From Eubacteriales bacterium (GTDB taxonomy: Bacteria > Bacillota > Clostridia > Oscillospirales > CAG-272): a stretch of 64,000 nt of DNA. Positions 17,595 through 28,252 of this stretch are shown here, in pieces. Each line of letters opens with the position of its first letter. Within the stretch, counting starts at the first letter, position 1. The translations under genes and the position numbers were made by a program. The DNA lies in NCBI GenBank assembly GCA_045543015.1, contig JAZQLY010000033.1, forward strand, positions 32,293 to 96,292, in the 5' to 3' direction. The notes under the pieces were generated by a model. The model did no database searches. It saw nothing but the letters and a program-made list of their open reading frames with translations, and was not told where the DNA came from.

Positions 17595-18716
17595 TTATCC
17601 CTCGTAGCGAGATGCAATTTTGGCAAGATAATTTCGAACGTCAATATGCTGCGGGCAGCGGCTTTCACAATCGCCGCAGCCAATGCAGGCAGAAGCAGGC
17701 GCAGCATGGTCACACAGTACTGCGTATCGCTTCTTCTCCTCGGCGCCTGCATCCCCCTCCTGGTGGCGCTGCAGATCCTCGTTATACAGAGCAAAATACT
17801 GCGGGATGGCAATGCCCTGCGGGCAATTTTCTGTACAGTAGGAGCAGCCCGTGCAAGGGATGGCGATCTGCCCGTTGATCACATCAGCGGCGGTATGTAC
17901 CATGGCGATCTCGCTCTCTGAAAGCGGAACGAGATCCGCCATGTAGGAGATATTATCCGTCACCTGCTGCATGGTACTCATACCGCTGAGCACCATCATG
18001 ACGTTTGGCAGGCTTGCCGCAAATCGGATAGCCCAGGAGGAGGGCGAGAGCTGCGGCTCACTTGCGCGGAACATGCGTTCAACCGCCGGTGGCACGTTGG
18101 CCAGAGCACCGCCCTTAACAGGCTCCATTACGATAACGGGAACGCCATGCTTGGTGGCAACCTCATAGCACGCGCGGGACTGCACGCCCTCGTTCTCCCA
18201 ATCCAGGTAGTTGATCTGCAGCTGAACGAAATCCAGATCCGGATGCTCGGTCAGTACACGGTCAAGCAAGGCGGGGCCACCGTGAAAGGAAAATCCGATA
18301 TGCCGGGCAAGCCCCTTCGCCTTCTTATCTTGCAGCCAGGTAAAGCAATCGAACTGCTCAAAGACCTGAATGGTCTCATCATCAATGCAGTGCAGGAGGT
18401 AATAATCAAAATACTCAACGCCGGTTTTCTGCAGCTGGTCGGAAAACACGGTGTCGCGCGCTTCTTTGCTTTTGATCATGTGCGGCGGCAGCTTTGTTGC
18501 CAGGGTGTAGGCATTACGCGGATAACGGCTGACAAGGATCTCCTTTGCGGCCGTTTCGCTCTTGCCGTTGCAGTACATATATGCCGTATCAAAGTAGGTA
18601 AACCCCTGTGCAAGGAACGCATCTACCATCTGCTTTGCCAGCTCGATATCCACGCTCCCCTTATCATTTTGATCAAGCAAGGGCAAGCGCATCAAACCAA
18701 AGCCTAATTTTTTCAT
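17595..18716 (-). CDS. Aldo/keto reductase with C-terminal 4Fe-4S domain
   Basis: LGFGLMRLP, YFDTAYMY, YYLLH, MEPVKGG, CTGCSYC...CP and CIGCGDCESRCP. Own promoter TTGCAC-17-TATAAT (18774-18746). Confidence 0.92.
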   Translation of the reverse strand: MKKLGFGLMRLPLLDQNDKGSVDIELAKQMVDAFLAQGFTYFDTAYMYCNGKSETAAKEILVSRYPRNAYTLATKLPPHMIKSKEARDTVFSDQLQKTGVEYFDYYLLHCIDDETIQVFEQFDCFTWLQDKKAKGLARHIGFSFHGGPALLDRVLTEHPDLDFVQLQINYLDWENEGVQSRACYEVATKHGVPVIVMEPVKGGALANVPPAVERMFRASEPQLSPSSWAIRFAASLPNVMMVLSGMSTMQQVTDNISYMADLVPLSESEIAMVHTAADVINGQIAIPCTGCSYCTENCPQGIAIPQYFALYNEDLQRHQEGDAGAEEKKRYAVLCDHAAPASACIGCGDCESRCPQHIDVRNYLAKIASRYEG

Positions 18717-18794
18717 GACCGGTCCCCCTTTTTTCTGTTTTCTTTATTATAGCATATTGCAGAAAAAAGTGCAACCCAATTCCAAAAAGAACGC

Positions 18795-18830
18795 AAAAAC
18801 CGTGAATGGGAAATCCCATTCACGGTTCTT
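18795..18830 (-). terminator. Terminator of the carbohydrate ABC operon
   Basis: aaccgtgaatggg-aaat-cccattcacggtt with flanking T tracts. Confidence 0.8.
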
Positions 18831-18877
18831 TTGCATGTCAACCTTGCCGCAATCAAAGCGGCAGGAAAAACACAAGA

Positions 18878-19915
18878 TCAACCAACGATACCGGAACGCT
18901 CGATACCCTGGATCAAGTATCTCTGACAGAAGAGGTAAATGATAACCAGCGGTGCCATGATCAACAATGCACATGTATTGTGGATGGCGGAATAGAACAA
19001 GCCCTGGCCGGGGTAGTTGGTAACCAAGGAGGGCGGAACCGAAACGATATTCGGCATCAGCCACTTGGCGTTACGGCCACTGTAGAACAGGGTCGTATAG
19101 AAGTTATCCGTCCACTGCCAAGAGAAGGAGAGGAGGAAAATGGTGATCATCATGGGGATCGACAGAGGCAGAATGATCTGCAAGAAGGTTCTGTAAACGC
19201 CGGAACCGTCTACGTATGCCGATTCCTCCAACTCATCCGGCACGCCGGCAAAGAACTGGCGCATCATGAAGATGAAGAGACCGTTCTTGAATGCAAGGCC
19301 GGTCAGCGACAGCATCATCAGCGGAACGTCGGTATTGGTGAGCTGCAGCGTACCACCCGTGATCAGGTTGATAATGCCGAAAACGTCAAAATACCGGAAG
19401 TGCTGATAAAGCGCGAGCTGAATCGTACGGTGAGGGATGATCATGGTCAAGACCACGAAGAGCATGATCAGCTTGCTGCCACGGAAACGGAATTTCGCAA
19501 GACCGTAACCAACAACACAGCAGATCAAGGTCTGCAGAACGGCACAGGTCAAGGAAAGGAAGGCGGTATTGACGAATGCCTGCAGATAATTGTTCTCCAA
19601 GATGATGGCAGCATAGGTATCCAGCGTCCAGTTCTTGGGGATCATTCGAACGGTAACGTCTACGAAGTCCTCCATGCCCATGAAAGAACCGAAGATCTTT
19701 GCAATGAACGGGAAAAGAATAACGTAGGAGATACCGATCAGCAGCACCAAACGAACGATGTACCACACTACCTTTTGAAGGAAGAAAGTAGAAAGGAACT
19801 TGGCCTTCAAGCGTTGCAGGAGCGGTGTGCGCTCAAACTCAACACGAATTTTGTTTTTGGTTTCTTTTAACACCTTAGAGGCAACGGGAGCCTCCGGAAT
19901 GTGATTCGCGTCCAT
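18878..19915 (-). CDS. Carbohydrate ABC transporter permease (MalG-type)
   Basis: Multiple TM segments; EAA loop ELEESAYVDGS; YGLAKFRFRG. Confidence 0.92.
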   Translation of the reverse strand: MDANHIPEAPVASKVLKETKNKIRVEFERTPLLQRLKAKFLSTFFLQKVVWYIVRLVLLIGISYVILFPFIAKIFGSFMGMEDFVDVTVRMIPKNWTLDTYAAIILENNYLQAFVNTAFLSLTCAVLQTLICCVVGYGLAKFRFRGSKLIMLFVVLTMIIPHRTIQLALYQHFRYFDVFGIINLITGGTLQLTNTDVPLMMLSLTGLAFKNGLFIFMMRQFFAGVPDELEESAYVDGSGVYRTFLQIILPLSIPMMITIFLLSFSWQWTDNFYTTLFYSGRNAKWLMPNIVSVPPSLVTNYPGQGLFYSAIHNTCALLIMAPLVIIYLFCQRYLIQGIERSGIVG

Positions 19916-19932
19916 TCTTTTTCCTCCTTTCC

Positions 19933-20955
19933 TTAAGCATCACGCTTCTGATAGAATACGTATGCAGAAGCGATACCCATAAATGCAGCGATGATCAAAA
20001 TGATCAGCAAGAAGTAGACCCACGCCATAGCGGTTGCAAGCACCGTCTCCGAGTTGCTATAAATGCCATTGATATACGACATGACCGTATTCGAGGCACT
20101 TGTAAAGGAGTCGATGATCGTGTACAGCGCGTTAACCAGGATCATGGGGCTGATCATCGGGAAGGTGATCTTCCAGAACGTTTCCCAAGCGGTAGCACCG
20201 TCGATCGTACAAGCCTCATAAATAGAGGGCGAGATGGACTGCAAGCCAGCAAGGAAGATCAGGATCTGAACGCCGGAACGGTTTACGATATTATAAATAT
20301 CGTTAACCAGGTCTACGATATAGGTAACAAGCTCTGTACCTACCTTCATGTTGGCGAACAGACGTTGAATATCCACCGCATTGATGATCTGGCTGGATGC
20401 ACTGGAGCCGGAGCCATCGTTAATACCGCCGTTTTGCATGTTGTCTACCATGGCGTTATTTACGTCAATGGCATCGATCAGACCGGTAGAAAGAATAACC
20501 GGGATAAAGAAGATCGCACGGAATGCGGCACGGCCGAACATCTTCTGGTTCAAAACTACTGCAACAAAGAGCGAGAAGATAACGATCGCGGGGATATCAA
20601 AGATCAGCTGCTGGATACCGCCGACAAGCGTTTGCACGAACTTCGTATCAACGAACAATGCCTCGTGGTAGTTTTCAAAGCCTACCGGGTTCATGACGGT
20701 ACCTGCAGTCCCGTTCGGAAGTCGAACGGGCTGCAGATCGCAGAAGCTAAGCTGTAACGAAGAAATAACAACGGGGACGTAAATGAAGATCAGACCGAGC
20801 ACGAACGGCAGAACAAATACCCAACCAGCTCTTGCCTTGCGCTTTTCAAGAGACCCGGAGCCTTTGAAGAAGGCGAGTATTTTTTGCCAAATAGAAGTCT
20901 TTCCCTTCTCTGCGGAAGAGAGCGACAGGTTCTTTTCTGTAACGGAATTATTCAT
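19933..20955 (-). CDS. Carbohydrate ABC transporter permease (MalF-type)
   Basis: VGFENY, FRAIFFIPV, LAGLQSIS, IYEACTIDGA, FWKITFP. Confidence 0.92.
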   Translation of the reverse strand: MNNSVTEKNLSLSSAEKGKTSIWQKILAFFKGSGSLEKRKARAGWVFVLPFVLGLIFIYVPVVISSLQLSFCDLQPVRLPNGTAGTVMNPVGFENYHEALFVDTKFVQTLVGGIQQLIFDIPAIVIFSLFVAVVLNQKMFGRAAFRAIFFIPVILSTGLIDAIDVNNAMVDNMQNGGINDGSGSSASSQIINAVDIQRLFANMKVGTELVTYIVDLVNDIYNIVNRSGVQILIFLAGLQSISPSIYEACTIDGATAWETFWKITFPMISPMILVNALYTIIDSFTSASNTVMSYINGIYSNSETVLATAMAWVYFLLIILIIAAFMGIASAYVFYQKRDA

Positions 20956-20967
20956 GTTCTCTCCTCC

Positions 20968-23900
20968 TTACTGTTTGATCAGTTGATAGCCGTACGGCTC
21001 AATGGTGTATACCGTACCGTTCATTCTTACCTGTACCGTATAGATGTTATAGTTCAGAATGAAGGAGGTTCCGCCCTCATAGCTTACCATAACGATCATG
21101 CCGTCATCCAGGGTGTACTTGGTCTTTACGTAGTCATCACCATCTGTGGCCTCAGACTCTGTGGTCAGAATAGCACCCTGCTCCAGGATCTCACGGATCG
21201 CCTCATCATCGGCTACCGCATCGATCACCTCACCGGCAGTGATCTCGCCGTTTGCAAACTTTTCACGGTACTCTGCCAGCTGCTGCTTCTTGGCAGCGGT
21301 GGTGGCAAGAGCCTCCGCCTTTGCCCAAGCGGCATCCATCTTGGCAGCATCCTGCTCACGCTCTGCGTCCGTAGGAACGCGCTCGCCGATCAGGAAGCCG
21401 TGGTCAACGATCTTCTTGGTCTGCAACGTGCCGATAGCATCGTTTACACGATTATACACGTCAAAGAGCTCACCGGTCTTGATCAGATTGCCATCCTTAT
21501 CAAAGTTACCGGCCCAGATCTTGTAGTTGACCGAGTAGTACTGGCTGAGGAATTTATCCTCCTTCAACAGGCTGGTGTTATCATACGAAAGCGTGAAGTA
21601 GATGCCTGCACCACTCTCGATCGCCTTCAATACCTGGTAATTGACGTTACCGGCCATATTGATGGCAGAGCCTGCGAAGTTCACGTAACCGTGCAGAACC
21701 ATACCAACGAACGGAACGGCGCGGCTTGCGCTTGCGAAGCGCGAGCTGTCTACTGCGGCATTGAGCAAATGCTCGGTATACGCCAGAGCGTAAATGTTAC
21801 CGCCGGAGGTCATAACGGAGCCGTTATAATCGGTATGCAGCTGCTTAAAGATATCGGTGATGATGGTCTTTGCCTCATCACGGTTGGTGGGATTCTTCTT
21901 ACCGAAGTCAGAGTTCAGATCGCTACCGAGCGTACCAACAGAGATACCGATAGGATCAAAGCTCTTGAACTTCTTAGCAAACTTTGCGTAGTATTCCTCG
22001 ATCATGGAGGGCGTTACGCAGATCTCGAAGTAGGATACGAACTCCTGATACGTCGCATCGTATACGCGACGGTTAGAATAACGGTTATCGATCGTGCGGG
22101 CTGCCGCCTTCTTCAGGTTGATACCGTCAAACAGCTTTCTGTTGGTGATATACATGAAGTCGAAGTCCGGATATACGCCGAAGCCTTCCTTCTCTGCTTC
22201 CTCAAGCAGGCTTTCAAAGCCGCGGTCGCCACCGACCTCCTTCATCCACTTCAGCTTGTTCGGGTACAGGTAATTCATACCATCATTGGCAAAGCCGGTC
22301 AGCTTGAACTGGACGTTGGTAATGCCATTCGCGGAAAGATCAGCATACATGCGCTTCACGTCATCAAACGTGGTAAGCGGCACATCCACATCGATCGGAA
22401 TGGAGAGGATTCTCTCGATATCCGGAACGGTACCAAAGCTCTCGATATACAGCGGGATGTTCTTTTCGTCTGCTACCGTCAAGGCGGAGAGCAGGCCTGC
22501 TACGTCAGTCAGATAATGTCTGTAGGCGTTTGCCATGCCAACGTAGGTAGCATCAAATCCCTTATCGCTGTTCTTGTACTGATCAGACAGCATATAGATG
22601 CGCATCTTATAGCTGCCAGTGTACTTACGGGAGGACTCTACCGTCCAGGACGAGCCGGAGCCAGAGGAAGAGGAATCTCCGGAAAGATCGTAGGTATCCT
22701 TCGGACGCGGATAGAAGGTGGTGTATACAGAGGCCATTGCATGTCGGCCACCACCCCAGGATGCGGTGATGTTCGCCATGGCGTCACCCTCTTCCAGGAT
22801 GGCGAGATAACCGCCAAGCGACTTCTTTGTGGTCGTTACCTCATTCCCCTCCGCATCAACCGCCGTCTCGGTGGTCGTCAAACCGCTGATGGCACCGAAC
22901 ACGGGCATGCGAATGGTCTCAGAGATCGTACCGGGGATCTGGTGGTAGGCATAGTCCGTACCGTAGACCTTACCAGGAATACTACCGGATTCCTTCTTCA
23001 CCAGGTCTTCATAATACAGGATCGCACCGCTACCGTCCGGGTAGAACAGATAGCCATCCTCATTCATGTCACCTGCGCCAAAGTACTGCAGCGGGCTGAC
23101 ATACTCCAGCGTGTAAAGCGAATAATCGAAACGGATACCGTTTGCGGGGAGACGGATCGTCAGGCCCTCGCTTGTAAGCGTGTATTCCAGGGCCAGCTTG
23201 AAGAGCGGCGGATCCAGCTCCTCCGAGGTGTACTCGGTCTCGGCATGGTCCTTCTCCATCTCTTCATAGGTGTAGTTCGGACAATAGGTCTTAATGTAGT
23301 TCTCCAGCATGCGCTTATCACGCGCAGTAGACTTGGAGCGAACGTAGATACCCTTCTGCAGCTTCTGCAGAACGGGATAAGCCTTCAACACATCGTTGAA
23401 CGCGCTCTCACCCAAGATTCGGTTACCCTCTGCATCGGTAGCGAACGGATCGATGGGGGTATAATAGGACAGGAACTGTCTCAGGTTATACGCATCGGTG
23501 TCCCCTTCCGGGAAAGGATAGTTGTAGATGTCATTCCAGGTGTAGCTCGGCAGGCCGGGATACATGATACTAAGGATCTGGCTGACCATACGGTCAATGG
23601 TGATACTACCGGGGGCCAGATAGTTTGCATCCTCACGGCCGAGTGCATACTCAACACGGATGCCCTGCTTGATGTTCTTGACCTTGATCTGACCACGGGC
23701 AGCAGCCTCGGTATAGCTGTTGTATACCTTGCTGTTGCCGTTTTCAATAAAGCCAAGCACGATCTGAGACATCAGCTCTGCGCGGGTCTGGTCTGTAACG
23801 GTCATGGTGGGCGTGTTCTCGATCTTATAGGGGTTCGACAGCAGGATCTGACCGGTAACGGTATCCTTTACGCCGATCTCACCCGTATAATCGTTTACAT

Positions 23901-24192
23901 ACAGCTCAAACTGGCCGTACTTTGCGGCAAGACGCATGTTCTCATCGCTTTGGAGTTTGTCTTCGGGGCTTTCGTAGTTCGTGCGGATCGCAGCTGCTAC
24001 GATCTCAACGTACGGTTCCTCAACGATCTCGCCGGTGCCATCACCGGTCGTGCCGTCGCCGGTCGTTGTATCCCCTTCCGTTGTGGTATCAGCCGCCATA
24101 ACGGTACCGGGCATGGTACAGAAGACACCGAAAGATCCAAACGCCATCAACAATGCAAGCATCATTGACAATATTCTCTTTTTCATTTTCAT
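20968..24192 (-). CDS. Large secreted DUF5696-type protein
   Basis: Signal peptide, T/G/D-rich linker, GYLFYPDGSGA, YGTD, RMPVFG, VPFVGMVLHGY motifs; sits between the YIP1 gene and a permease pair. Confidence 0.75.
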   Translation of the reverse strand: MKMKKRILSMMLALLMAFGSFGVFCTMPGTVMAADTTTEGDTTTGDGTTGDGTGEIVEEPYVEIVAAAIRTNYESPEDKLQSDENMRLAAKYGQFELYVNDYTGEIGVKDTVTGQILLSNPYKIENTPTMTVTDQTRAELMSQIVLGFIENGNSKVYNSYTEAAARGQIKVKNIKQGIRVEYALGREDANYLAPGSITIDRMVSQILSIMYPGLPSYTWNDIYNYPFPEGDTDAYNLRQFLSYYTPIDPFATDAEGNRILGESAFNDVLKAYPVLQKLQKGIYVRSKSTARDKRMLENYIKTYCPNYTYEEMEKDHAETEYTSEELDPPLFKLALEYTLTSEGLTIRLPANGIRFDYSLYTLEYVSPLQYFGAGDMNEDGYLFYPDGSGAILYYEDLVKKESGSIPGKVYGTDYAYHQIPGTISETIRMPVFGAISGLTTTETAVDAEGNEVTTTKKSLGGYLAILEEGDAMANITASWGGGRHAMASVYTTFYPRPKDTYDLSGDSSSSGSGSSWTVESSRKYTGSYKMRIYMLSDQYKNSDKGFDATYVGMANAYRHYLTDVAGLLSALTVADEKNIPLYIESFGTVPDIERILSIPIDVDVPLTTFDDVKRMYADLSANGITNVQFKLTGFANDGMNYLYPNKLKWMKEVGGDRGFESLLEEAEKEGFGVYPDFDFMYITNRKLFDGINLKKAAARTIDNRYSNRRVYDATYQEFVSYFEICVTPSMIEEYYAKFAKKFKSFDPIGISVGTLGSDLNSDFGKKNPTNRDEAKTIITDIFKQLHTDYNGSVMTSGGNIYALAYTEHLLNAAVDSSRFASASRAVPFVGMVLHGYVNFAGSAINMAGNVNYQVLKAIESGAGIYFTLSYDNTSLLKEDKFLSQYYSVNYKIWAGNFDKDGNLIKTGELFDVYNRVNDAIGTLQTKKIVDHGFLIGERVPTDAEREQDAAKMDAAWAKAEALATTAAKKQQLAEYREKFANGEITAGEVIDAVADDEAIREILEQGAILTTESEATDGDDYVKTKYTLDDGMIVMVSYEGGTSFILNYNIYTVQVRMNGTVYTIEPYGYQLIKQ

Positions 24193-24203
24193 ATCTCCTA
24201 TAC

Positions 24204-26375
24204 TTAGACTCGGTAAGAAAGCTCGGTATAAATCGACGTAACGAAGGACAGGATCTTACCAAGCAGACTTGTAAACAGAACGGCAACGAACATGATAACT
24301 GCCATCGCAACGATCGTACCGATCGTGGTGGTGATCGTCTTGAACATCGAATAATCGTGCGTTACCATCATGCCAAAGAAGATGAGGAACGCTGCCCAAA
24401 CGAACGAGATCGTAACAAGCAAGGAAACGATCTGCGCCTCTTCAAGCGCCACAACGTTGGAAAGTGCGGTGGAGATGATCAGGAACAGCGGCATAGGTGC
24501 CAATGCGTAGCCGCATGCGATGATGATATCCTTCAGGCTGCCCTCGCCGTCAAACAGTGTGGTCAAGCACCAGTTGGAGATAGACCACAGCAAAACGGGA
24601 ACGAGAACGGCGATCAACTGTACGAGGATGGTAGAATACTTTTCCTCAGGATTCATCAGATAACCGGTACCAACCGATTGATAGAAGAAGGCGATAATGA
24701 CCAGCGCAATGATGGTCAGTGCGGCACGCATGGAACCGCGTTTTTCGTGCTTCAGATCCCAGAAGCCATCGAACGGATGGAAGACGAGATGGAAGGAATA
24801 CATCAATTCACGCCAGTAGGTCCTCTTACCGCGGGAATGTGCCGTCTCGTAGTTCAGCTTCTTTGCGTACTTCATGAAGAAGGACCATGCAACGCAAAGA
24901 ACAACGATCACGATCGGGATCCAAATGAAGTAATCAGCGATCCAGACCTTACGGATCTCCTGATACGATTTCGAATAGTAGGTCGTTTCATAAGCGGCAC
25001 GCAGGTATTCCATAGCACCCTCATAATCCGACTCACTGTAAAGAGCCTTACCGATACCGATGTAGGCGGTATCAAAGTTGTTGTTACGCTGCAGAACAGC
25101 CTCCCAACGCTCGATAGCCTCACCGTAAAGACGGTTATTCTCGCACGCCAGCGCGTCGATCAGCAGATCGCCGTACTCGGTACGCTCATAAACCGTAAAG
25201 GTATCTGCATCTACGTCCAGAAGAAGGATGTAGTTCCCCTGGTAAGCCATAGAGCCTGCCTTGGTCACGTTACCGAGCAGCTTACCCTCGTCACCAAAGG
25301 CAAACAGCAGGTTACCGTTGGAATCGTAGGTAAAGATCTTACATCTGTTCGGGTCAACGATGGACCAGGTACCCTCCGGTCCGATAGCCACGTCAACGAT
25401 ACGGGAAACGCCGGTGTGATTGTCACCCGTTCTCTTCATCTTGACGTTTACTTCTCCACCCGGGTCAAAGAAGCCGTTACGCTTCATGATCTCATCACCG
25501 GCGGAGTTCAGCTTCTTGACAGGAGAGTAGGATGCATCCTTGCTGTCAATAGAAGCCAGCTGGCTGGATTCATCGATCGAATCGTTGGTTACGTAAATGA
25601 AGCCCTCTTCATCGATCGAGATATTGTTGAAGGATACGGGGATGTAAGACTCGCTCTTTTTACGCTGCTCCTTGCTCTGGAAGCGGCGCCAGATGATCTG
25701 CAGAATATCGTATTTAACCTTCTGCGCACCGATAAAGCCGTTGAACGTACCCTCGTCATCCATAACGATAACACCCTGGTTAGTCGTCTGGGAAACAACG
25801 TAGATACGGCCGTACTGGTCAACTGCCATAGCAACGGGCTGGTAGATCGCATCCTCACCAAACAAGGCAGATTCCGGCTGTTCGATCGTTTTCACGAATT
25901 CGCCCTGTCTGTTAAAAACAACGATACGGTTATTGTTGGTATCGCAGACGTAGATGCGGCCTGCTTCGATCAGCATACCGGAGGAGCTGTACTTATCCTC
26001 GGTTACGAATACACCCTGGGGTGCATCAAAGGAATCGTGAACGCCATGCTCGTTGATAAAGGTATCAATGACGAAGTCCAGCTTGTAGAACTCGGTCATG
26101 ACGATCACGCGGTTACCGGTCTTATCGACCAGGTAGACCTTATTTTCGTGGTCTACGTGGAGGTCAGCAGCCTCGTCCCACTTTGTCTCAAGCCCTACCG
26201 TCTTGTAGTCTACCGTCATGGTAGGCGAATACGCAGCAGGAGAATAGAGAGCAAAGCCATCGGGAGAGTAGGTATACGTTGTGTACGGCTCGATCGCCGA
26301 CACAGGCATTGCTGCGGAAAACACGGTAATCATACAAAGAAGAAGGAGCATGAAGCTTACTATTTTCTTTTTCAT
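24204..26375 (-). CDS. NHL-repeat beta-propeller / TPR / YIP1-family membrane protein fusion
   Basis: Signal peptide; NHL-like repeats (YLVDKTGNRVIV, YVCDTNNNRIVVF, PVAMAVDQYGRIYV); TPR-like helices; C-terminal multi-TM HPFDGFWDLKHEKRG...TTLFDGEG. Confidence 0.8.
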   Translation of the reverse strand: MKKKIVSFMLLLLCMITVFSAAMPVSAIEPYTTYTYSPDGFALYSPAAYSPTMTVDYKTVGLETKWDEAADLHVDHENKVYLVDKTGNRVIVMTEFYKLDFVIDTFINEHGVHDSFDAPQGVFVTEDKYSSSGMLIEAGRIYVCDTNNNRIVVFNRQGEFVKTIEQPESALFGEDAIYQPVAMAVDQYGRIYVVSQTTNQGVIVMDDEGTFNGFIGAQKVKYDILQIIWRRFQSKEQRKKSESYIPVSFNNISIDEEGFIYVTNDSIDESSQLASIDSKDASYSPVKKLNSAGDEIMKRNGFFDPGGEVNVKMKRTGDNHTGVSRIVDVAIGPEGTWSIVDPNRCKIFTYDSNGNLLFAFGDEGKLLGNVTKAGSMAYQGNYILLLDVDADTFTVYERTEYGDLLIDALACENNRLYGEAIERWEAVLQRNNNFDTAYIGIGKALYSESDYEGAMEYLRAAYETTYYSKSYQEIRKVWIADYFIWIPIVIVVLCVAWSFFMKYAKKLNYETAHSRGKRTYWRELMYSFHLVFHPFDGFWDLKHEKRGSMRAALTIIALVIIAFFYQSVGTGYLMNPEEKYSTILVQLIAVLVPVLLWSISNWCLTTLFDGEGSLKDIIIACGYALAPMPLFLIISTALSNVVALEEAQIVSLLVTISFVWAAFLIFFGMMVTHDYSMFKTITTTIGTIVAMAVIMFVAVLFTSLLGKILSFVTSIYTELSYRV

Positions 26376-26389
26376 TCTCTTCCCTCCTC

Positions 26390-27265
26390 TTAGTCTTTCA
26401 TACCACTGGAGCCCATCGTCTCGATGATACTACTCTGGGCAACGACGAATACGGTGATCGGCACGATCATCATAACAACGGTTGCAGCCGCGCCGGCACC
26501 GGCACGCGCAACACCGCCGCTGACGATCTGCTGGATCGCATAGTTAAAGGTCTTCAGCTGCTCGGACTGGATGTAGACCGAGGCACCGGTGTTCCAAAGT
26601 CCCTTAAAGGACTCGATGATCAGCGTCAGCCATGCAGGCTTAACCATCGGCATGGCGATGACCAGGAAGGTCTTGAACTCGCTTGCACCGTCCAGACGCG
26701 CACTCTCCAGCACGGCATCGGATACAGAAGACTCCATGAACTGCTTCATCAGGTACAGACCCATCGTGGTAGCCAATGCGGGAATGATGATCGCCCAATA
26801 GGTATCGACCATGCGCATCGTGGTCAGAATGATGAAGTGGGTAACCTGGTTAACCGTCTGGTGGAACATCAGCGAAAGCACGATGATCTCGAACATCCAT
26901 TCACGGCCCGGGAACTTCAGCTTTGCCAGGGCGTATGCCGCCATAGAAGCAAGGATCAGGTTACCGAAGGTACCGGCTGCGGTAATCAGCACGGTATTGA
27001 AGATGTAACGGGAGAACGGAACCCAGGACGTGTTCATCAGCGAGAACAGGTCGGAGAAGTTCTCCAGCGTAGGGTTGGTTACGTAGAAACGCGGCGGGAA
27101 CATCCACAATTCATCCAGCGGCTTCAAGGACTGCATGATAACGTAAAGCATCGGCAGGAACATGAAAGCGCCCATCAGGATGAGGAAGAAGGAAATACCT
27201 GCGTCACCACCTGCAGAACGGTTCAGGACAACCTTATGATTTCTTGTTCTTAGTTTTCTTGCCAT
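26390..27265 (-). CDS. Carbohydrate ABC transporter permease (MalG-type)
   Basis: SLKPLDEL, YALAKLKFPG, VLESARLDGA, MPMVKPA. Confidence 0.93.
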   Translation of the reverse strand: MARKLRTRNHKVVLNRSAGGDAGISFFLILMGAFMFLPMLYVIMQSLKPLDELWMFPPRFYVTNPTLENFSDLFSLMNTSWVPFSRYIFNTVLITAAGTFGNLILASMAAYALAKLKFPGREWMFEIIVLSLMFHQTVNQVTHFIILTTMRMVDTYWAIIIPALATTMGLYLMKQFMESSVSDAVLESARLDGASEFKTFLVIAMPMVKPAWLTLIIESFKGLWNTGASVYIQSEQLKTFNYAIQQIVSGGVARAGAGAAATVVMMIVPITVFVVAQSSIIETMGSSGMKD

Positions 27266-27266
27266 C

Positions 27267-28214
27267 TTATTGTCCTACCTTTGCAAGTGCTTTCTTGATG
27301 ATGATGTTACTGCCTACCATGATAATAAACAGTACAACCGCGATAGTGGAGGAATAACCTACCTCAAAGCGCTGGCCGCCATAGTCATCAAGATGGTGCA
27401 TGATGGTGTGTGCGCAATAGTTAACAGACGGGAGGCCTGCCAGTGCCGTAACAACGCTACCGAAACCGAAGGACTGGGTAATAGCAAGCACCGCACCGAA
27501 CATCAGCTGCGGGCGCATGGTCGGCAGCGTGATGTACCAAAGCTCTTGCCAACGGTTACGGATGCCATCAACGGCGGCAGCCTCAAAGAGGCTCTTATCG
27601 ATCGTCTGCAAGCCCGCGATAAAGGCAAGGAATGCAGTACCGAGCGACGTCCACAATGCTACAATGCAGCAAAGCGGCATGATGTAGTCCTCGTTCTGGA
27701 ACCACAGGATCGGTGAGTCGATGATACCCAGCTCCATCAAGGTACCGTTGATCCAACCGTAGGAGTCAGAGGAGAACAGGATACCCCAAACCATGTACAC
27801 ACCGCCCGAGATAGAGGGTGCATAGAAGATCAGCGTAACAACTGCACGGACCTTGGGAGGTAGCTCGTTGATAAACCACGCGATCAAGAAGGAAAGCAGG
27901 TAAGATACCGGGCCGGTAATGGCCGCGAAGATCAGTGTGTTCTTACATGCGAGGATGAAGATCTCATCATCGAGGAACAGACGAACATAGTTTTCAAAGC
28001 CAACCATCTTCGGCCATTCCAGCAGGTTAAACTCAGTAAAGCTGAGGAAAATCGAGAATACGACCGGGAATACAGTAAACACGAAGAACAGCAGCATAAA
28101 GGGCGCTACCATGATGTAGGCCGTCTTATTGCGCTTCATCTCTTTCCATGTCCACTGCCACTTGGTCATGTCTTTACGCGCCACCGGGCGCGTGACTGCC
28201 TCATTCTGTGACAT
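27267..28214 (-). CDS. Carbohydrate ABC transporter permease (MalF-type)
   Basis: VGFENY, FYAPSISG, LFEAAAVDG, WYITLP; GTG start. Confidence 0.93.
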   Translation of the reverse strand: MSQNEAVTRPVARKDMTKWQWTWKEMKRNKTAYIMVAPFMLLFFVFTVFPVVFSIFLSFTEFNLLEWPKMVGFENYVRLFLDDEIFILACKNTLIFAAITGPVSYLLSFLIAWFINELPPKVRAVVTLIFYAPSISGGVYMVWGILFSSDSYGWINGTLMELGIIDSPILWFQNEDYIMPLCCIVALWTSLGTAFLAFIAGLQTIDKSLFEAAAVDGIRNRWQELWYITLPTMRPQLMFGAVLAITQSFGFGSVVTALAGLPSVNYCAHTIMHHLDDYGGQRFEVGYSSTIAVVLFIIMVGSNIIIKKALAKVGQ

Positions 28215-28252
28215 TCGTTTTTCTCCTTACAAAGATTTGTTTACCTATCGGC

